Part shown: piece by piece, positions 37,628-52,600 of the stretch
Position numbering within the stretch: the stretch's first letter is position 1
Layout: each line of letters starts with the position of its first letter
Assembly (NCBI GenBank): GCA_965285935.1
Contig: OZ260663.1
Location: 52,452,001 to 52,516,000 of the forward strand
Direction: 5' to 3'
Origin: Ophelia neglecta
Taxonomy: Eukaryota
Length of the DNA: 64,000 bases
Made by a program: the position numbers and the translations under genes
Notes under the pieces: generated by a model
The model's database searches: none
What the model was told of the DNA's origin: nothing
Seen by the model: the letters and a program-made list of their open reading frames with translations, nothing else

Positions 37628-40600
37628 TTAAGATCCACAAGTAACCACTCCCGTTTTTTAGAGTCGGACCTTCGTCCGTAGTGAACCAACAAAACTCGTC
37701 CTCTTTGGTGTTGTTTCCTGAGTTGAATGTGAATTGTTTCCGTAAGCAATTTTAGAGCAGAATAGTTCGGAAAGCCAATAGTTTAGGGTAAAATGATAAC
37801 TTTCTTTTAAACGACAATGTTGCCCTTCTGTTTTTACAGTGACTGAGTGATTACTTTAAAAACCGCAAATTTGCTTTAAAATGACTTGTTTGTGATAATC
37901 ACTAAGAGTTGGACTTAGACCCTAAATGAGGCTAGAGCCGTCTTGTTGGAGCATTGCAATGCAGTAGTTATTGACTGTACACCGGAAGTTAACTGTGATG
38001 ATATCCTGTGTCTCACTATATACCTTTCCGAGCAACAGCATGGATTTTGTTTTTGAAGCAAACAATATATTAAAGAATTACAGTCTATCAAAGCCTACGT
38101 TCTATTCAGAGATTATTTTTTCCTGATTGTTCTAATTTTCTTATTGCTTAGACCAGGTTATACTTTATTTAGTGTCTTTAACGATCGAATCTATAAACCA
38201 CTTGGGATTAATCCCCTTTAGTTTTCTTTCTTTTTTATCTATTTTTCTGTATCCTTGTATATATATATTGATCTACTGATTAATGTTTGTTTGCTTATGT
38301 TATTAAACGCAACATTGGCAATTCAAACCAATAAACAAATTTGACTTGAAACTTTTGACAATATATTTGCCTCTGTGATCCATGTGTTTGGGGAATCTGC
38401 TTTATCCATAACAATAATCGCTAAAAGTGACTGATCTGGTTTTGATTAAAAAGGTTAATAATATATAGACATAACACTTCGACGTTGTACATATAGTTAA
38501 CTTTGTTCCGAAATACATGAGTTTAAGTTACGCCTAACTTGTTAGTTTTAAATAAGCTATATCTCGTATATTGAGATAACATCGATGTGCGAAGCGGGAT
38601 TAAGTGGGTTGGAACACAAAAGGTTTATTAGATAAATAGACTACCATACAGGACCAACAAAACTATTTTCGATTATGTTAATTACATAATTAGTTACAGG
38701 CTCTAAAAATCAAATCGGTAATCAAGCCAATCTTAATTGGGATACAGAAACCCACCGCAGATAACTAAATAAATTAAGTATCTTGCATTTAGACACAACA
38801 TCCGTAAGTAATGCATTACATGTAGGAATATTAGGTCGCGTGAATCATACAACATTGACAAGGGTTCATCGAACAATGTAGTAGGTGTGATGAAGATATA
38901 CAGGTGGGGAAAAGATAGCATTTGAGCATTCAGAAAAGACTCTCCTCTCCGTGGAAGGCGGCGTATGTGTTAATAAAACGCGCAGATCTTATAACTCAGC
39001 ACGATGATAAATATCAAGCCCAGCGATATTTAAAAAACCGATGTTTCTCCTAAATATTGTGCGATTCTAAGCTAGGTTAAACGGATTAAATGCAGTTTTA
39101 GATAATTTCACAATTAATAAAGGAACTATTCTCTGACGTTATTTATGTTGAAAAAGGTTGTATGAATTGCAGGGGACATATTCCTTTAGAACTCCAACCA
39201 TCTGGGGTTGTTTCAAATATTTCTTTTGAAACGAACATGGCGCCTCAACTTGCTGTAAATGGGTAAATTGGTCCAGTGAAATAACAGCTAAGCTTGATGT
39301 CATATTTTATGTCGTTGTCTCACGGATAATTTTCTACAAGAATTCTAGGCCGAGAATCTGACTTCTGTTTTCGTTAGTGGCAAGCACTCCGATTCAATCT
39401 GCCGGGATACGGCTTGGTCGTTGAAGTTGGATGTTGTATATGCATAAGAGGGCTGTTGTAGCTCACCGCATTCCCATTATTCTCAGTATGGTATACGCGA
39501 AGGAGAAGAGGAGAAAGCCTTAACGAGGGATGCACCCTAGACTCAGGCGAGGCGAGTGGAGAACAGTATGGCTGCGTACACTACCACAACCCGGTACCCA
39601 TACTATCAGGCGACATATTAGCTAGAAAGCGGGATACACAAGATTGTCCAATATTTCAGAGGGATAGACCGGGTAAATAAACACGTCAAGAGTCTTGAGC
39701 TGAAATTCTCCAATTAAGAGGTAATAAATTGAAATTGACCACCTCGCAGAGAATGGTCATGAAATATACAGGACTAACGAAGGTTTAGGAAAATATTCAA
39801 AGCCATGGTTGGCTTACTGGCTAAATAGGCAATACACATGCATACTATAATATGAGCTTACCCTAGGCCTACATGAAGCTAAACCCATTTATTCAATATA
39901 ATAAATAGACTTATTAGAATATCATGCACTCATGCAACAGGGCGTACCATGCACGAAATAGACTATTTTAACCGTATACTTTTAGGCTAGCGGTTATATA
40001 TATATATGTGCCTATATATATGTTTACTGGAAATCTATAAAACAATTATATATGGCTGTATGAGAAAGTTAACACTTTTAAAAATGGAGGCTCCATCGGG
40101 TTTACATAGTGTCGGCCCCGTTTGGATCTAGATGGCTTTACTAGGCACTATCGCATTTTCTTATAATTTCCGTATTATCGCACTTTTAAAGTTTCCCACT
40201 TATATACATATTACCCGTATAAATGTACACTTATACTTTATCATATTACAAGCATTTGTACTGTCTATCGGCTCACTTGAAAAATTTCACAATTTACCAT
40301 TTAACACTGAGTGAGTAATTTCTGAGCATCCAGCTAATGCACTGAAATAATACACCAAGCTCGTCTCGTTCAAGGAGTCCGTAGTGCATGAGATTACCTA
40401 CCCACGGTTCCTATCAGAAAATACACGAAGAGCATGCGCAGAGCCCTAGCTACTTCCGTTATGAATTGTCACTCTCTATTGCTCACTCAATAACGTATCA
40501 GGAATCGTGATAGGCCCACTTTTGCCATGAATCGGCCATTGCTTGTTATGTCGTGGCCTATTGGCGAATTGTATTTCGGATATATATAATAGGCATAATT

Positions 40601-43600
40601 GTGGAGTATGCGAACGAACAGCATCTATAATAAATAAACACGACCTGTTCTTTTCGCGCGTAAGGTTTATTTTCAAACTTAGTTAAAGACAAAGACATAT
40701 AATTTGAGTACTACTTCTGTGATCAGTTCACGCTCTTTATCAAGAAATTATTATCATTACACTACTACTGATTTTGCTTTCCGCATCCGATAATTCCGGT
40801 CATTATTGGTAGCAATCGTGCAGGTATTGCCTCGGAATATTAGAACTCGCACTCATATTCGATTCGTAGTGCATGCACTGGTAAATGGAACACTTTTTTC
40901 TTTGAACTTGCTTCATAATGGCGAAATTGCGTCTAAAGTGGATGTTCTTGAACGCGCGATAATTAAAAAACACCAGGCTAATTAATGAATTAAAATAAAT
41001 TAGTTAATTTCGCAACATTCAATAACCTACAACCACAGTTATATCATTTTAATGTTATTATTAATTAATTCTGATGAACATCAGAACGATTGGCCTAGAT
41101 AAATCGTAATAACATTTACTATATAATATATTCACTATATAGCAACATGCCATTGCCATTAATATTGTTTTGAATTGATTTGTTGAAAAATTTAAAGATG
41201 TATTATTGTATGGTTTGCCCATAGTCCCATTTCTTCCACAATATCTCTTCTGGCAAATGAAATAGTGATTCAACATGGTTCATAAATTCAGTTATCTAAT
41301 ATAGTTTACCAGATTGAAAAATGTCCTGGGTCTCATCCTACAAGTGATTAACAGTTTCGTTGACGCCATTAAATTTAATTGTGATTGCATCGAAGCTATT
41401 GTTTTTCGGACGAGGCAGACTATACATCTGTTACGAGCCACTGTACAGGAGTTGCGAATTTATATCCACGACCAGCCCGTTATGTGACAGGCGCGTCGTT
41501 TCAATGGCACAGGCTTCCCGTGGGGGTGATTTTCGTCTCCCCAGTTGTTTTGGCGGGATGAATGACGTTTGGCTTGCCTGTCTCCGCGAAGGCCAATTAG
41601 GAATGAACATGCGCACACAGGAAGCTTCCCAGGGAATATTTCATTTCCAAACTACCAGCCAGGAAGGAACAGATGGCCCGATATTAAACCAATATTCTCA
41701 AGAAATTGGCAAAAGGCTTGGAATTATTCTAGGGATATGTATGCTTTTGTTTGTTATATTTTGGCATTATTATTTTTTTACACGGTATATTCACGTGAAT
41801 TTGCTTTAAATGGTTCATATTTAAAAAGTCTACCAACCAATCAAGTTTGCACTGCACCTGTAGGCATAGTGGAGCACTGGGCAATAAGCCCACCCTAAGT
41901 ATTGGATGCCATTTAACGGAAAATTGGAAATCAAACATAAAATGATGTATTGAATTCTACGTAGATTGGCACTAATGGTAACTAATTTTTACTATCTTAT
42001 AGTGGTTTGAGCAAGGATTTTATAGATAACTGAAGAAACCTGTCTAGGGTGGGCGTTTTGCCTCTTATATACCCTGAGGCAAGCCATGGAGGTTTGGTGC
42101 ATATCGCCCAGAAGTCACATTTACGCGAGTCAACACAGCCATGATAATAATAAACAATTGTTTGCTCAACCATTATAAAGTTGAGGATTTTGCTTTATTT
42201 TTTTAATATAAATCACCAATCATTAGAACATTGAATGTATGTTAGTCGCCGTATTAGGGCAACAAACCAGGGAATCACACAATATCAGTATCCTATACAG
42301 TTGCTATTAGATCTGGGTATCAGAACTGAGAATAAGTTGATTGCTGGTTCGCAAAATCTGTACTTAATCCGAAATTCTCAAAATTGATAGTGACACCTAT
42401 ACGCTATAAGTGATATCAAAGTAAAATAGGAAGAAAAGTTCGTATTTGGGTCTAAAGACCAATAGCGTGTAGCATAGGGCATGTACCTTATTTTGATCCG
42501 TATTGACAATGGCCGGTTTGCCCCGAGAGCATTTATTTCGAAAAGGGGTGTTTTACAAAACTAAACTAAAGCTGCAGCTGCAAGCCTGGCAAATATCACA
42601 TATATAGCCAAGAAAAAGCTCTTTCGTTTGATAGAATCCACGAGCAGGAGTCGCCAAAACTAGTATCAAATATACGATGCCCTTTACCGTAAAAAGTTAG
42701 ACCATTATAGGTTTTTCGACTTCCTGGATATACTCCTCCCTGCCTAGGGAAAAATATGTCTGGGCCAAGTAGTACTTGAACGTAGCTTGTCACAATAGTA
42801 AACAGTGGTGCCATCTGACACATATTTCCACGTGTTAAAGGCTGTGGAATTTGTGCCCTATTTCCCCCTAATTATACGTCTAGCTTTTATTAGAAGTTAG
42901 CATAGGTAACCAGATAGCCCAATGTTAAATTCTGTATCCCGATTTCCATATGATATGTTAATGTAAAAAAATGGCCAAATTTATACCCAGTAAAGGCCTA
43001 GGCCTTTGTCCAAACAAAGGACACCATGCATTGCTAAAATAAGCGTCATGATTTATTCAGGCTGGCTCCTAAGCTGCTAAGCGATCTGAGTGTCCAAAGG
43101 AAGTGCCTTTGATGACCACGTATACCATTTGCGGCTCTAGGCACGCCGAGCTGCTTCTGCCCTCGGTGACTGTCGGTTCACCGCTATCCATTGTGGGACT
43201 GGTCCAAACAAGACTGATTTATTATTCAACAAGCACTACTTGGAAGGAGGATATGGGCGGTTATATTCCCCTGTGACCCAAGATGGCGGGAGAAAAGCTC
43301 CGTAATTGCCTTGTCTCTAGGGTCGACGCCAAGGTACTCGAAACGTTCTGAAGAACAATCTGTCAAGCCCTAATACGCCTCTAGTATGTATACGGAATTC
43401 TTAAAAATAAAACAAAACAACTGAAATCATTTATCAATATTACATGAAAGCATTGATAGGCCAATAATCGGTTTTCAAGGGTGATGATCTATATGGAAAT
43501 TGGCTGCGACTCGGCTATTGAGTTAGTAAACGTGTTAACAAGCGTCTTTCATCGACACAATTACCTAGCACCATATTCTAAGAATCCTACTTGTTAGTGA

Positions 43601-46600
43601 AAGAGGCACTTAGACAGTTAAATGGCAGTGCAAGAGGGACTTGAACAGTTGAAACATAAGTCTACAACACAGTGTCAAGGCTTGTCATGAACACTCAGGA
43701 CACCACTCGAACAAAAGCGACTGATCCAAACTTTCGCAAAAAGCATTTATTATATAATTCAACGTTCAGCTGGATTCACAGTCAGGCTATACCAAATAAA
43801 TAATTATTATTCACAGTTACCTCACAAATTTGGCAATCATGTTGGAACTTTTCAAAAAATCTATAACGCAAGCCGGGATAAGAGACAAATGGATTTTGTA
43901 CAGCCCCAGGTGAGAAAACTCATGAATTCTACAGTTGTGTAAACCTACTTGAGCATTGCTGCTCCAGTACTGAAGAGTTCATGATGGGTGTTTCGAATGC
44001 TGCGAATAGTTGACAGTCGAGACTACTCCAATTGTGGCAGACGAATCGTCTGCTGACTTGAAGGGGTCAAATCTGATCGGGTAGGAAGGTTGCAGATTGT
44101 GTCTGCAATAACTCCTTCATCTTTCTATTTATAATGGGCCAATAGTTAGCGGGAAAATATAGATTTGTCTACCCCCCTTTAAAATTTCAGCTATTTGATT
44201 AGTTCGGCTTATTGCTGGATCAAATTCTAACGATATTATCATCTTTTCAACGGATAAATGCAAAGATACATAGGCTTAAAGCCTAGGCCTTTCAAAAATT
44301 ATCGCTATCTTTATTTCTGACACGCAACGAAGCGGCCTGAGTTAATAATTAACCGATCAGGTGGGCCGCGATAAAAATGTTCAACTTTTAGTGCAGGCAC
44401 CATGTCAAAACGCCCTAGACATATCATTGGAATAGATCAACCAGGCTCATATTTTCATTCCAAAGAACTCACTAGGCCTTAATTAATATTTGATAAATGA
44501 ATAAAAAACTAATGATTGAGTGGAACGTACAGTCATGTACTAATAAAAGACTTATATAGATTTATCACGTGTCATTGTGACATGTACATTATTCATAATG
44601 ATATAAAGGGATTCAAAGCTCCAAGGGCAGCAGGATAGGCCTTTTTTTCCTCACAAATGGCATATCATTATCACAACAAAAGTGGCTCAGGCTCTGTGTA
44701 AACAAGCCAAACATGATAAGCGAAATCCTATAAGCTATCCAACATGTCGTTTACGAACGTGCTTCGCATACTTTTGCGCTTGATTTGATACATTTTTTTG
44801 CACATTGGCATAGCATGTGCCAGAAGTGAGGGCAAAACTCTTGGCAATGGAACACATACGTCGGACCATGACAGCGTAGGTACCGGTCGACGTAGATGGA
44901 CACGTGAATGCAATTTCTAGGACATTTTTAAGCTAAAAGAAATATTTGCAAGTCTGCAGCAATTGAATTGCCACAAAACTGTAGGATTTACAACTATCAA
45001 GCTCCAACAGCCTGTGAGGCGCCGGGAAAGCGCGGACGAGAAAAGCCTTCTGAAGGTGAGGATGGATTAACAATCAAACAATCTTCTGAATTTCTCGAAA
45101 ATCCATGGTGAATTAAAATAAAATATTCCAGTCAAGGTTGACAATTTTTTTCGAACAAAACCCAATCAACAGTTAAACAAAGCACCTTGACCTTAATATT
45201 TTGTCCTATATAATACAATTTAGGTCAGATCAACCTCACGTGTGCACGTCACCGGATGTTATCATACAGCCACCAGAAAATCACAGTATTATGTTATAAA
45301 AAAACCGTGGAGGCATCACATGACCAATATTCCTTCCTGTCGGGAGTGTCGGCTGATTAAGATTTAGTCCACAACTAATGGTGGTTTGTACCAATAAGTA
45401 CCAATAACCCCCAGCAGGGCCTTTCCTTTTACAAGCCACAACAACAATTCATACAAAAGCACCATTTTACTATAGATGAGATTTTTAATAAGTTTTACAT
45501 TCCATTTATGTGAAAACTGAAATAAAAGAATCTATATTTCATATAATCGGCAAGCAAGGTAATTGCAAATCAAAACTGAATCTTGTTTAAATTGATTTTC
45601 AGAGTTTAATCCATTTTGTTTTCAAATAGATTTGAAAAATAAATGGTACATTGATTTCAAATCCATTTTCTGCATATGTTGGGAATAATATAGCAAATTT
45701 AGAAATCAATATTCAACTTGCCCCAGAAAAACACCTTTGGGAGAATTGAGGTAAACAATTGAGAATATGAAAATCAACAATATTAACGTAATTTTCAGGC
45801 CACACGTTGTTTTCACCATTTCTGAAAATAGTGCACTCAATTCACAACAGCTTGGAATGTTACAGAATTATCTTTTTGTTTTTTATGTCAAAGCCCGGGG
45901 GAGTGGGTTAGGAATGGGGTGCTCTATCCAGCATGTGACTAGTCTTATTATAATCAGTCAATACTACAGTATCTGAAATTCCTCTTTAGAAAATTAGGTT
46001 TTCTTTGTCGTTAAAATGGATATCAGAAAACAAAAGAGAATGCAAACTTCAGTGGAACCTTAAATTGGCAATTTTCATCTAGCATGTCTCCAGATCTAAC
46101 ATGCCAAAATCCCTTTAGTTCTTTTTCGAATTTAATGGTTTGCCTGGCAGGTGATTAATTATAATGTTACTTATAACTCACTGCTTTAGATGAGAATTCC
46201 ATAAAATTTTATTTCTCTGAACTCAAAGAATGGTGAAGACCTAACTAACAACGGGTGTTTTTTTTCGTTATGATGGTGGGGTGGGGAAAACGTCATGACC
46301 ACGTGACCTATTGGAACCAAATTGTCCAGCGTCATCATTTAAAAGAGCATTTCAAATTTTAGCAAGAGGTCGGTGGTGTTGTTTGAAGCAAACAATACAA
46401 CTACTCGTGGCGTTTCTCGGATTACTGTTTGTTATAATCAAGGGTGTTGCCCCAAACCTGTCTATGAAAAAACGCACCTACCTCCGTGGTATGCATTGTG
46501 TTCGAGGCGTCAAGGTCAATAAAACCTCAAACACGATTATCTTACATTATCCACAGACTGAATTAAATGACCTCTGGTAAATGCACAACCTCCTGACCGT

Positions 46601-49600
46601 GATGATTATGACATGACGATGTGAATAAGAAAAAAATATTAGGATATAGGCCAGACACCACTTAAGATGTAGAAAAAGTCTCTAACCCTTAAGCTAACAT
46701 TAAGCTGCCATTTTTATGTTTCTTTTACACGGAATTGTTGATCTTAATATCCACCTGTCATTCTCACCTTACCTAAACCTTGCAAAGTTTTGTATTATAT
46801 AAACCTTATCTATGTAGGCAATAGTAGCGCATTATCAAAACATATGCTGGGAAGGTCAAAGGTGTCCTAAAATGCAAAAAAATGAAAAGATTTCAGAAAG
46901 TTATACTTAATTACTTGGATAATAAGAGTCAGCTTAGTCGATGTTCACATTACTCGGGCAATCTCTTACGTTGAGCCATTCACCAAAGCTCAGGATTTGA
47001 TCAAAACCTCGTATCTAAAATGCTCTTTTTCTTTTTTAACTCCTTATGTTTAATGATATCATGTTAGACGAATAGTTTGACTCCTTATTACTTCAATTTG
47101 TTGGCATAAAATGTAAGAAATGGAGAACAAATTCAGTCTAGATTGTTGATAGTACATCTGTATCCGTCAAAAGATTGCACAATAATGAACTATGCAAAAA
47201 ATATACATTGAGAAAAACAGAGGTAGTTACACAACCATAAAATAATACACAGCAGGCCTGCTTTGATCTAGTCATTTGACAAAAAAAGAATTCAGCGCAT
47301 TAAGTCAGCACACCCATACCTTTCAGCAAGGGTATTTTTCATATCTTATGTAAACCTCCCAATATTCATTAATCAAATGTAGTGTTGAGTTCACCAGTAT
47401 CAATGAACGGGGTAGTTTGCAAGTGCCGGTCGCTTAAAAGGGAAAGATTAAAATCAAGGTATGTAACACTGTTATGTCATGTTTCTTTCCATACACAAAA
47501 ACCTGATAGTTGAACATTCGACATTTTTACTGTCAAATATGTCAACAGCTAGTTACGACTTGGGGATAAACTGACTTTCTTTTTGATCACACGATAAATA
47601 TTTGTAAGTCCGGAAGCAACCAACTCTGTACCGTCGTGTACATACCGACATTTAACACAAGTAGGCTCTTACCAAATAGACAGGCCATCTTAGATATTAC
47701 CATTCCATCCTCTTGCCTATTGTCTCATTTTGCTATAAATTTCTGTTTTGTCCATGACCTGTTTACAATGATTAATTCTAGTTACTTCAAATGGCTGGCT
47801 AAGTTAGCTTTGGTTTCGTCTCTTAATATTGTCATTATGTTGACACGGTGAGAAATATGATATAGAAATAAAACAATTCTGATAATTTCTTCTGAAGAAA
47901 TGTTTTAGACAGTTATATTTCTCTGCCTTGGTCCTGTTAATAAATGCCTTCATATGACGACATAATAACATTCATCTTGGACTAGAAGTGCCATATTTTT
48001 ATTTGACGCCCTGCAGATAAGTCCACTCTATAGTAATTGATTTTTTTCTTGTGGTTATTTTGCAACCCACTGGATATACCTAGCAGTGTGGTTTACGAAT
48101 GTATATGAAATGCACGCGGGGTTTTGGTCCACTGCCATCTTCATCATCTGGAAGACCGGCGGCATCAAAAAATAAACCCTCCATTTTGCCGACTTATCAC
48201 TAAATAGGTTTGTTGTGAAAACCAGACATCATGATTAAATGCATTCTAAACGTTTTCTGCGCATAGAAAGTTGATTCTCTGTGGATTGGACAAAAAATAA
48301 TTGGTTGGGAACTTATTCCATTATGACATTGCATCGGGTTCTTCGTTATAACCAGATTAAATATTAATCATGCTACGGTTCTTTATTTTTTCAGTCTGTT
48401 TGCCCTAAAGGATCCTTTTTTCAGCAACTTCTCCCACTTCTCATAATTATATGGCATGCTTAACTTACTGCATGGAAATATGAATGATATTCCTCATTGG
48501 CTTAAAGAAGCTTGTAGATAGGTTTTTCGTATTATTCTATGTTTTCATACAATAAGGATACTTTCAGACAAAAAGGCGACATACATTATAGATTTGCCAT
48601 CAAAAAATGTTATGCTGACTGTCTCTGTGGTTTCCAGGCTGACAAGTTCCGGTGGCTGACAGATTGCTCAAAGCAGGGCAAGCGATCAATCAGAGAAGAG
48701 AACAATTCCAATTATAACAGAAAACAAACAAAACAAACTAATGTTCATACAGAAGTCTTTGTGGAAAGCTCAGTTCGATCCTGAATGGCACGACCTAATG
48801 AGACGTAGTCTACATTTCATTCGATCAAGTCAAATGATTATGGCGCTATTATTTTGGGTGGCATTGCAGGTCAGCACCTGAGCTACATGTAAACTCATGA
48901 ATAAGGCGAAAATGTCATTGCATGCATTTGATATCAGCTCCATATTTCGAAAGTTCAGGACTTAGCCTAGAGGCAAATTTGCGTAAATTGAAATGATGTA
49001 GGGAACACCATAATGTCTTTTGAAGAACAATCCTCAACTCAATACAGTCGTTGCAAATGGGATGTACATATAGCACGCGCATTATATATGCAATGAGCAC
49101 ATATCATTCCGAGGTCAGAAAACTGTGCAGTGGTGTGAGTATTATGCGAATATGAAATTGACTTGCTTGGCAAAAATCCACTGGTTTTAAGAGCACACAT
49201 TCCATCAATTATTATGGCGCTGACTGAAATAGGGTTTGGGTAATATCAGTAAAATTGATAAGAATTAGTGTTCACGGCGAAGGTTCGGGCTTTGTTGTCA
49301 TACAGTAATTGTATCGTGAAAACTTAAACTGGGAATATACCTTGGAAGTTGTTTACCTACTGGTGTATGAATTGGGAAACATAAAACATATAACTATATA
49401 CCACGATGATAACCCGTCTGCATACCAGACAACATATGTCCAGAAACTTTGAACTTAGTTCTCTCGGGTACTAACAAGGTTAGGAGAACGACTGTGCTCA
49501 GGGGGTACCATCAAATATTTTGCCACTGTAGTAACGGAGATGTCTAACTCTAAGGAGCGGCATCAGGACAGAACTTGGAGAATGAAAAATGAACTTAAAA

Positions 49601-52600
49601 TAAATTCCACTGTGTTATAGGGTGTTACCTACGTGCACTTATCAAAATCTGATGGGGGTTGGAGTCTATTTCCCAGCAACAGACCCAATTCATTGCCTTT
49701 TGACCCTGGGGCACGGCCTCATAATAACTCTTCCGTGAAGCGTCTAAGCTAATGCAATAACAAACACCGTTGCCAAGGATATATCAAAACGAAAACGCAG
49801 TGAGCCATCGTGTTTCGAAGGCTTGGGAGCGAGCGCACATACGAAGGAGATTTAATACGCCCACCATAGCTGGCTATGAGAATATCTCTCTCATCTAGAT
49901 CTACATGTATATAGACCTGTATATACCCATATTTATTATTGAGATGGGGGAATTGGGAAAATTTCTCAGCGTCTCGCCGAGGACTTCTACTCGCATGATA
50001 AATATATGAGGCTTCAAAGAAGCCCGGCTAACAGCGGTGTGGCCCAAATGCTAGCAGGATGCAAAATGAAAGGGAGATGGAGTGAACATTATGCCTAATC
50101 GATAGCTTCCACTACGGCCTCAAAGAGCTAACAAAAAACACCTTCCCCTTTGGCTCGTCGAGGCCTTCGTCGTTTTGTGGCAAATGATCAGACCTACGCC
50201 TTCCGACCTATGCTGATACAGCGTATCCATTTAAGCCTGTAAATGTGGTATTCTCTTCTGAATAGACAGGCAACAATGCCTTGGAACAAGATCTGCACCA
50301 AATTAGACATTGAAAACTAATAACTAGCGGTGAAAGGTCACGGCGTGTTGCTTCCCCTCGGTTAACAGCAATGCAGGTGGAATATTAACATGGGTAATCC
50401 GAGGCAACCACATACTTTGGCAAACCAGATCAGTTCCTTGCATTGAGGGTAACACAAATTCGCATACAGAGCACTTTGATATGTACACGTTGTCTGTGTA
50501 GTTAGGAGAAATGATTCTCAACATGTCATATTAAAGCTTTCAGTATCACAGTGCGTTATTGATCAGGGTAAAACGTTTACGCCAAAACCAAAATGGAAAT
50601 GGCACAAACGGTTCTATAATCAACGACATAGTTGATATATTTTCGGCCAATGGTGGAATGGGCACTTGGAACCTACTAATATAAAAGCGGTATCGGATTT
50701 TGTGGATGGGCACTTGATACATAAGCTGTATCTGATTGTGATCTAATGTTCAAGTTTTATAGTTAAAATAATCTAATCGAGCAACAGTAGAGCAGAGGAA
50801 TTAAGTGTATACCTACAACAGAGTATAGCGTGATTTTAAATATATACGAAAATAATGTGGCAGTTACCGTGATATCACGTCGAAGCAGAATTGACCCGAC
50901 GCCATTTTGGTATCACCGCAACGCGCTATAAATACCATAGTTGATATATAAGTATGAAGACTGTCGAGGGAAAGCTGGACAAGATAAACGATATCAGAGA
51001 ATTTACCTTTCTAACACGGGTTTGATTTCACGGAGTATAACCTTAACTACGAGCCCCGTTATCCTGCTGAACACCTGTTGGAAGTATTCACACGGATATG
51101 CTACCAACTCACCTACCATATCATATCGTGCATGAACGAACATGGCGTCAACTTAGTGCGTACTGGAAAAATAATATTTATAAATATTGATGTATTTTTG
51201 TATCGCATATTCTTGAAGTTGTTCCCGAAATTATATTTTGTTGGAATTGTGATAAACGCCGTCAATAAAGTGAAAGGGGGTATTTCGTTTCGTGTGAAAG
51301 TATGACAAAAACAATTTTTTTACGTAAAAAGTGAAGAATTTAATATGTTGTATTAATTTTTTCAATTAATCTTGTTCGTGATTTGTGAAAGCCCGAAATT
51401 AATTGGCTTGCAATGTGAAGCCGAGTTGAACGATTCAACTGTTTATTTACTGATAAGTCAAAGGTAGGCTAGGTTTTTATAAGAAACGTTTTCAAATATA
51501 TATCGAAAATAGAATAACGAAAGTCATTTATAAGAAAATAATGAACAGAATGGGTTCTTGCACTGTCCATGTTGTGTATCCAAAAAGTCCATTTAACAGA
51601 AATTTACCGGAAACCATACATTGCCAGGCCATCAAGTCAACATCCCTTGGGATGTTTGGCCTGCATAATCAAATATTGAATCAGACTGTTGATTGCAGGC
51701 AGTTTTGTCCACATGGAATTATTTTTGGCGCTTACAAATGGCTCATGATGCCGAGATTTAAAACGAAAAGCCTTGTCGCATAGCCAAATCGTGCAAGTAT
51801 CAGAATATCAGTATCAGAGTATCTCTCCACAGGGTTTAAAGGACAAGAACCAGTGCCAAGTTGGCGTAAGGCAACATTATAAAACGCCCTATTGGTCTAG
51901 CCATGCTCTTGCTTGAAAATGTGAGCGTTGGTGGACAGCAACCGGAAGTAAGACATTTCGGTCGCCCCCGGAGTCAGACAGGCAATCATTGTGTGCATGG
52001 GAAAGACACAGTACGTTTGATGTCAGAAAGCCCAAACTCGAGTAGGGAAGCGCCAAATATATAACACAAATTGATAAATAAAATATCTCGATAACAAGAA
52101 TAATAATGATACATTATATATTTTGGTCTATATAGATAACAATTACCAATTCCCACTTCCTGTGCAGTGGCTAGTTATAGTCTTAGTGTATCAAAAGTCA
52201 CCATTTGATTCGATATATAAGAAACGGTAGGGGCAAACACACTAGTTTATCATGTCATGAGGAACTATCTACCATAATCGATTATCTGTCCCTTCGACTG
52301 GACCACATGCTGCCCTGGAGAGCAGAATTATCCCTTCTTAGCTGGAACGGACGGTGTGTGGTTTGTCGGCTTATCTCTTTCTGGCAGAGTGCTCGACAAT
52401 GACAAGGGAACGGCCCAAATATCTACTTCTCAAATCATCTCCGACAGATGACATTTTGACGACAGCTGAGATGCCGTACTTGGCTTAAGGCGTTGGCTAT
52501 TGACGACTGTTAAAGACCGCGTAATAACGATTTAAAAATCGACTTTCCGACGTGGAGTCTTAGGAATATCATATTTCAGGCGACGGCTGTTTTCAAATGA

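Noticed and set aside
41360-41938. 149-aa and 109-aa ORFs in intron 1
   Set aside because: No recognisable domain and no coding-like composition. They start at non-ATG codons and are consistent with chance ORFs.
48870-48890. TCAGCACC half of a REST/NRSE site
   Set aside because: The second half-site (GGACAG) is absent.
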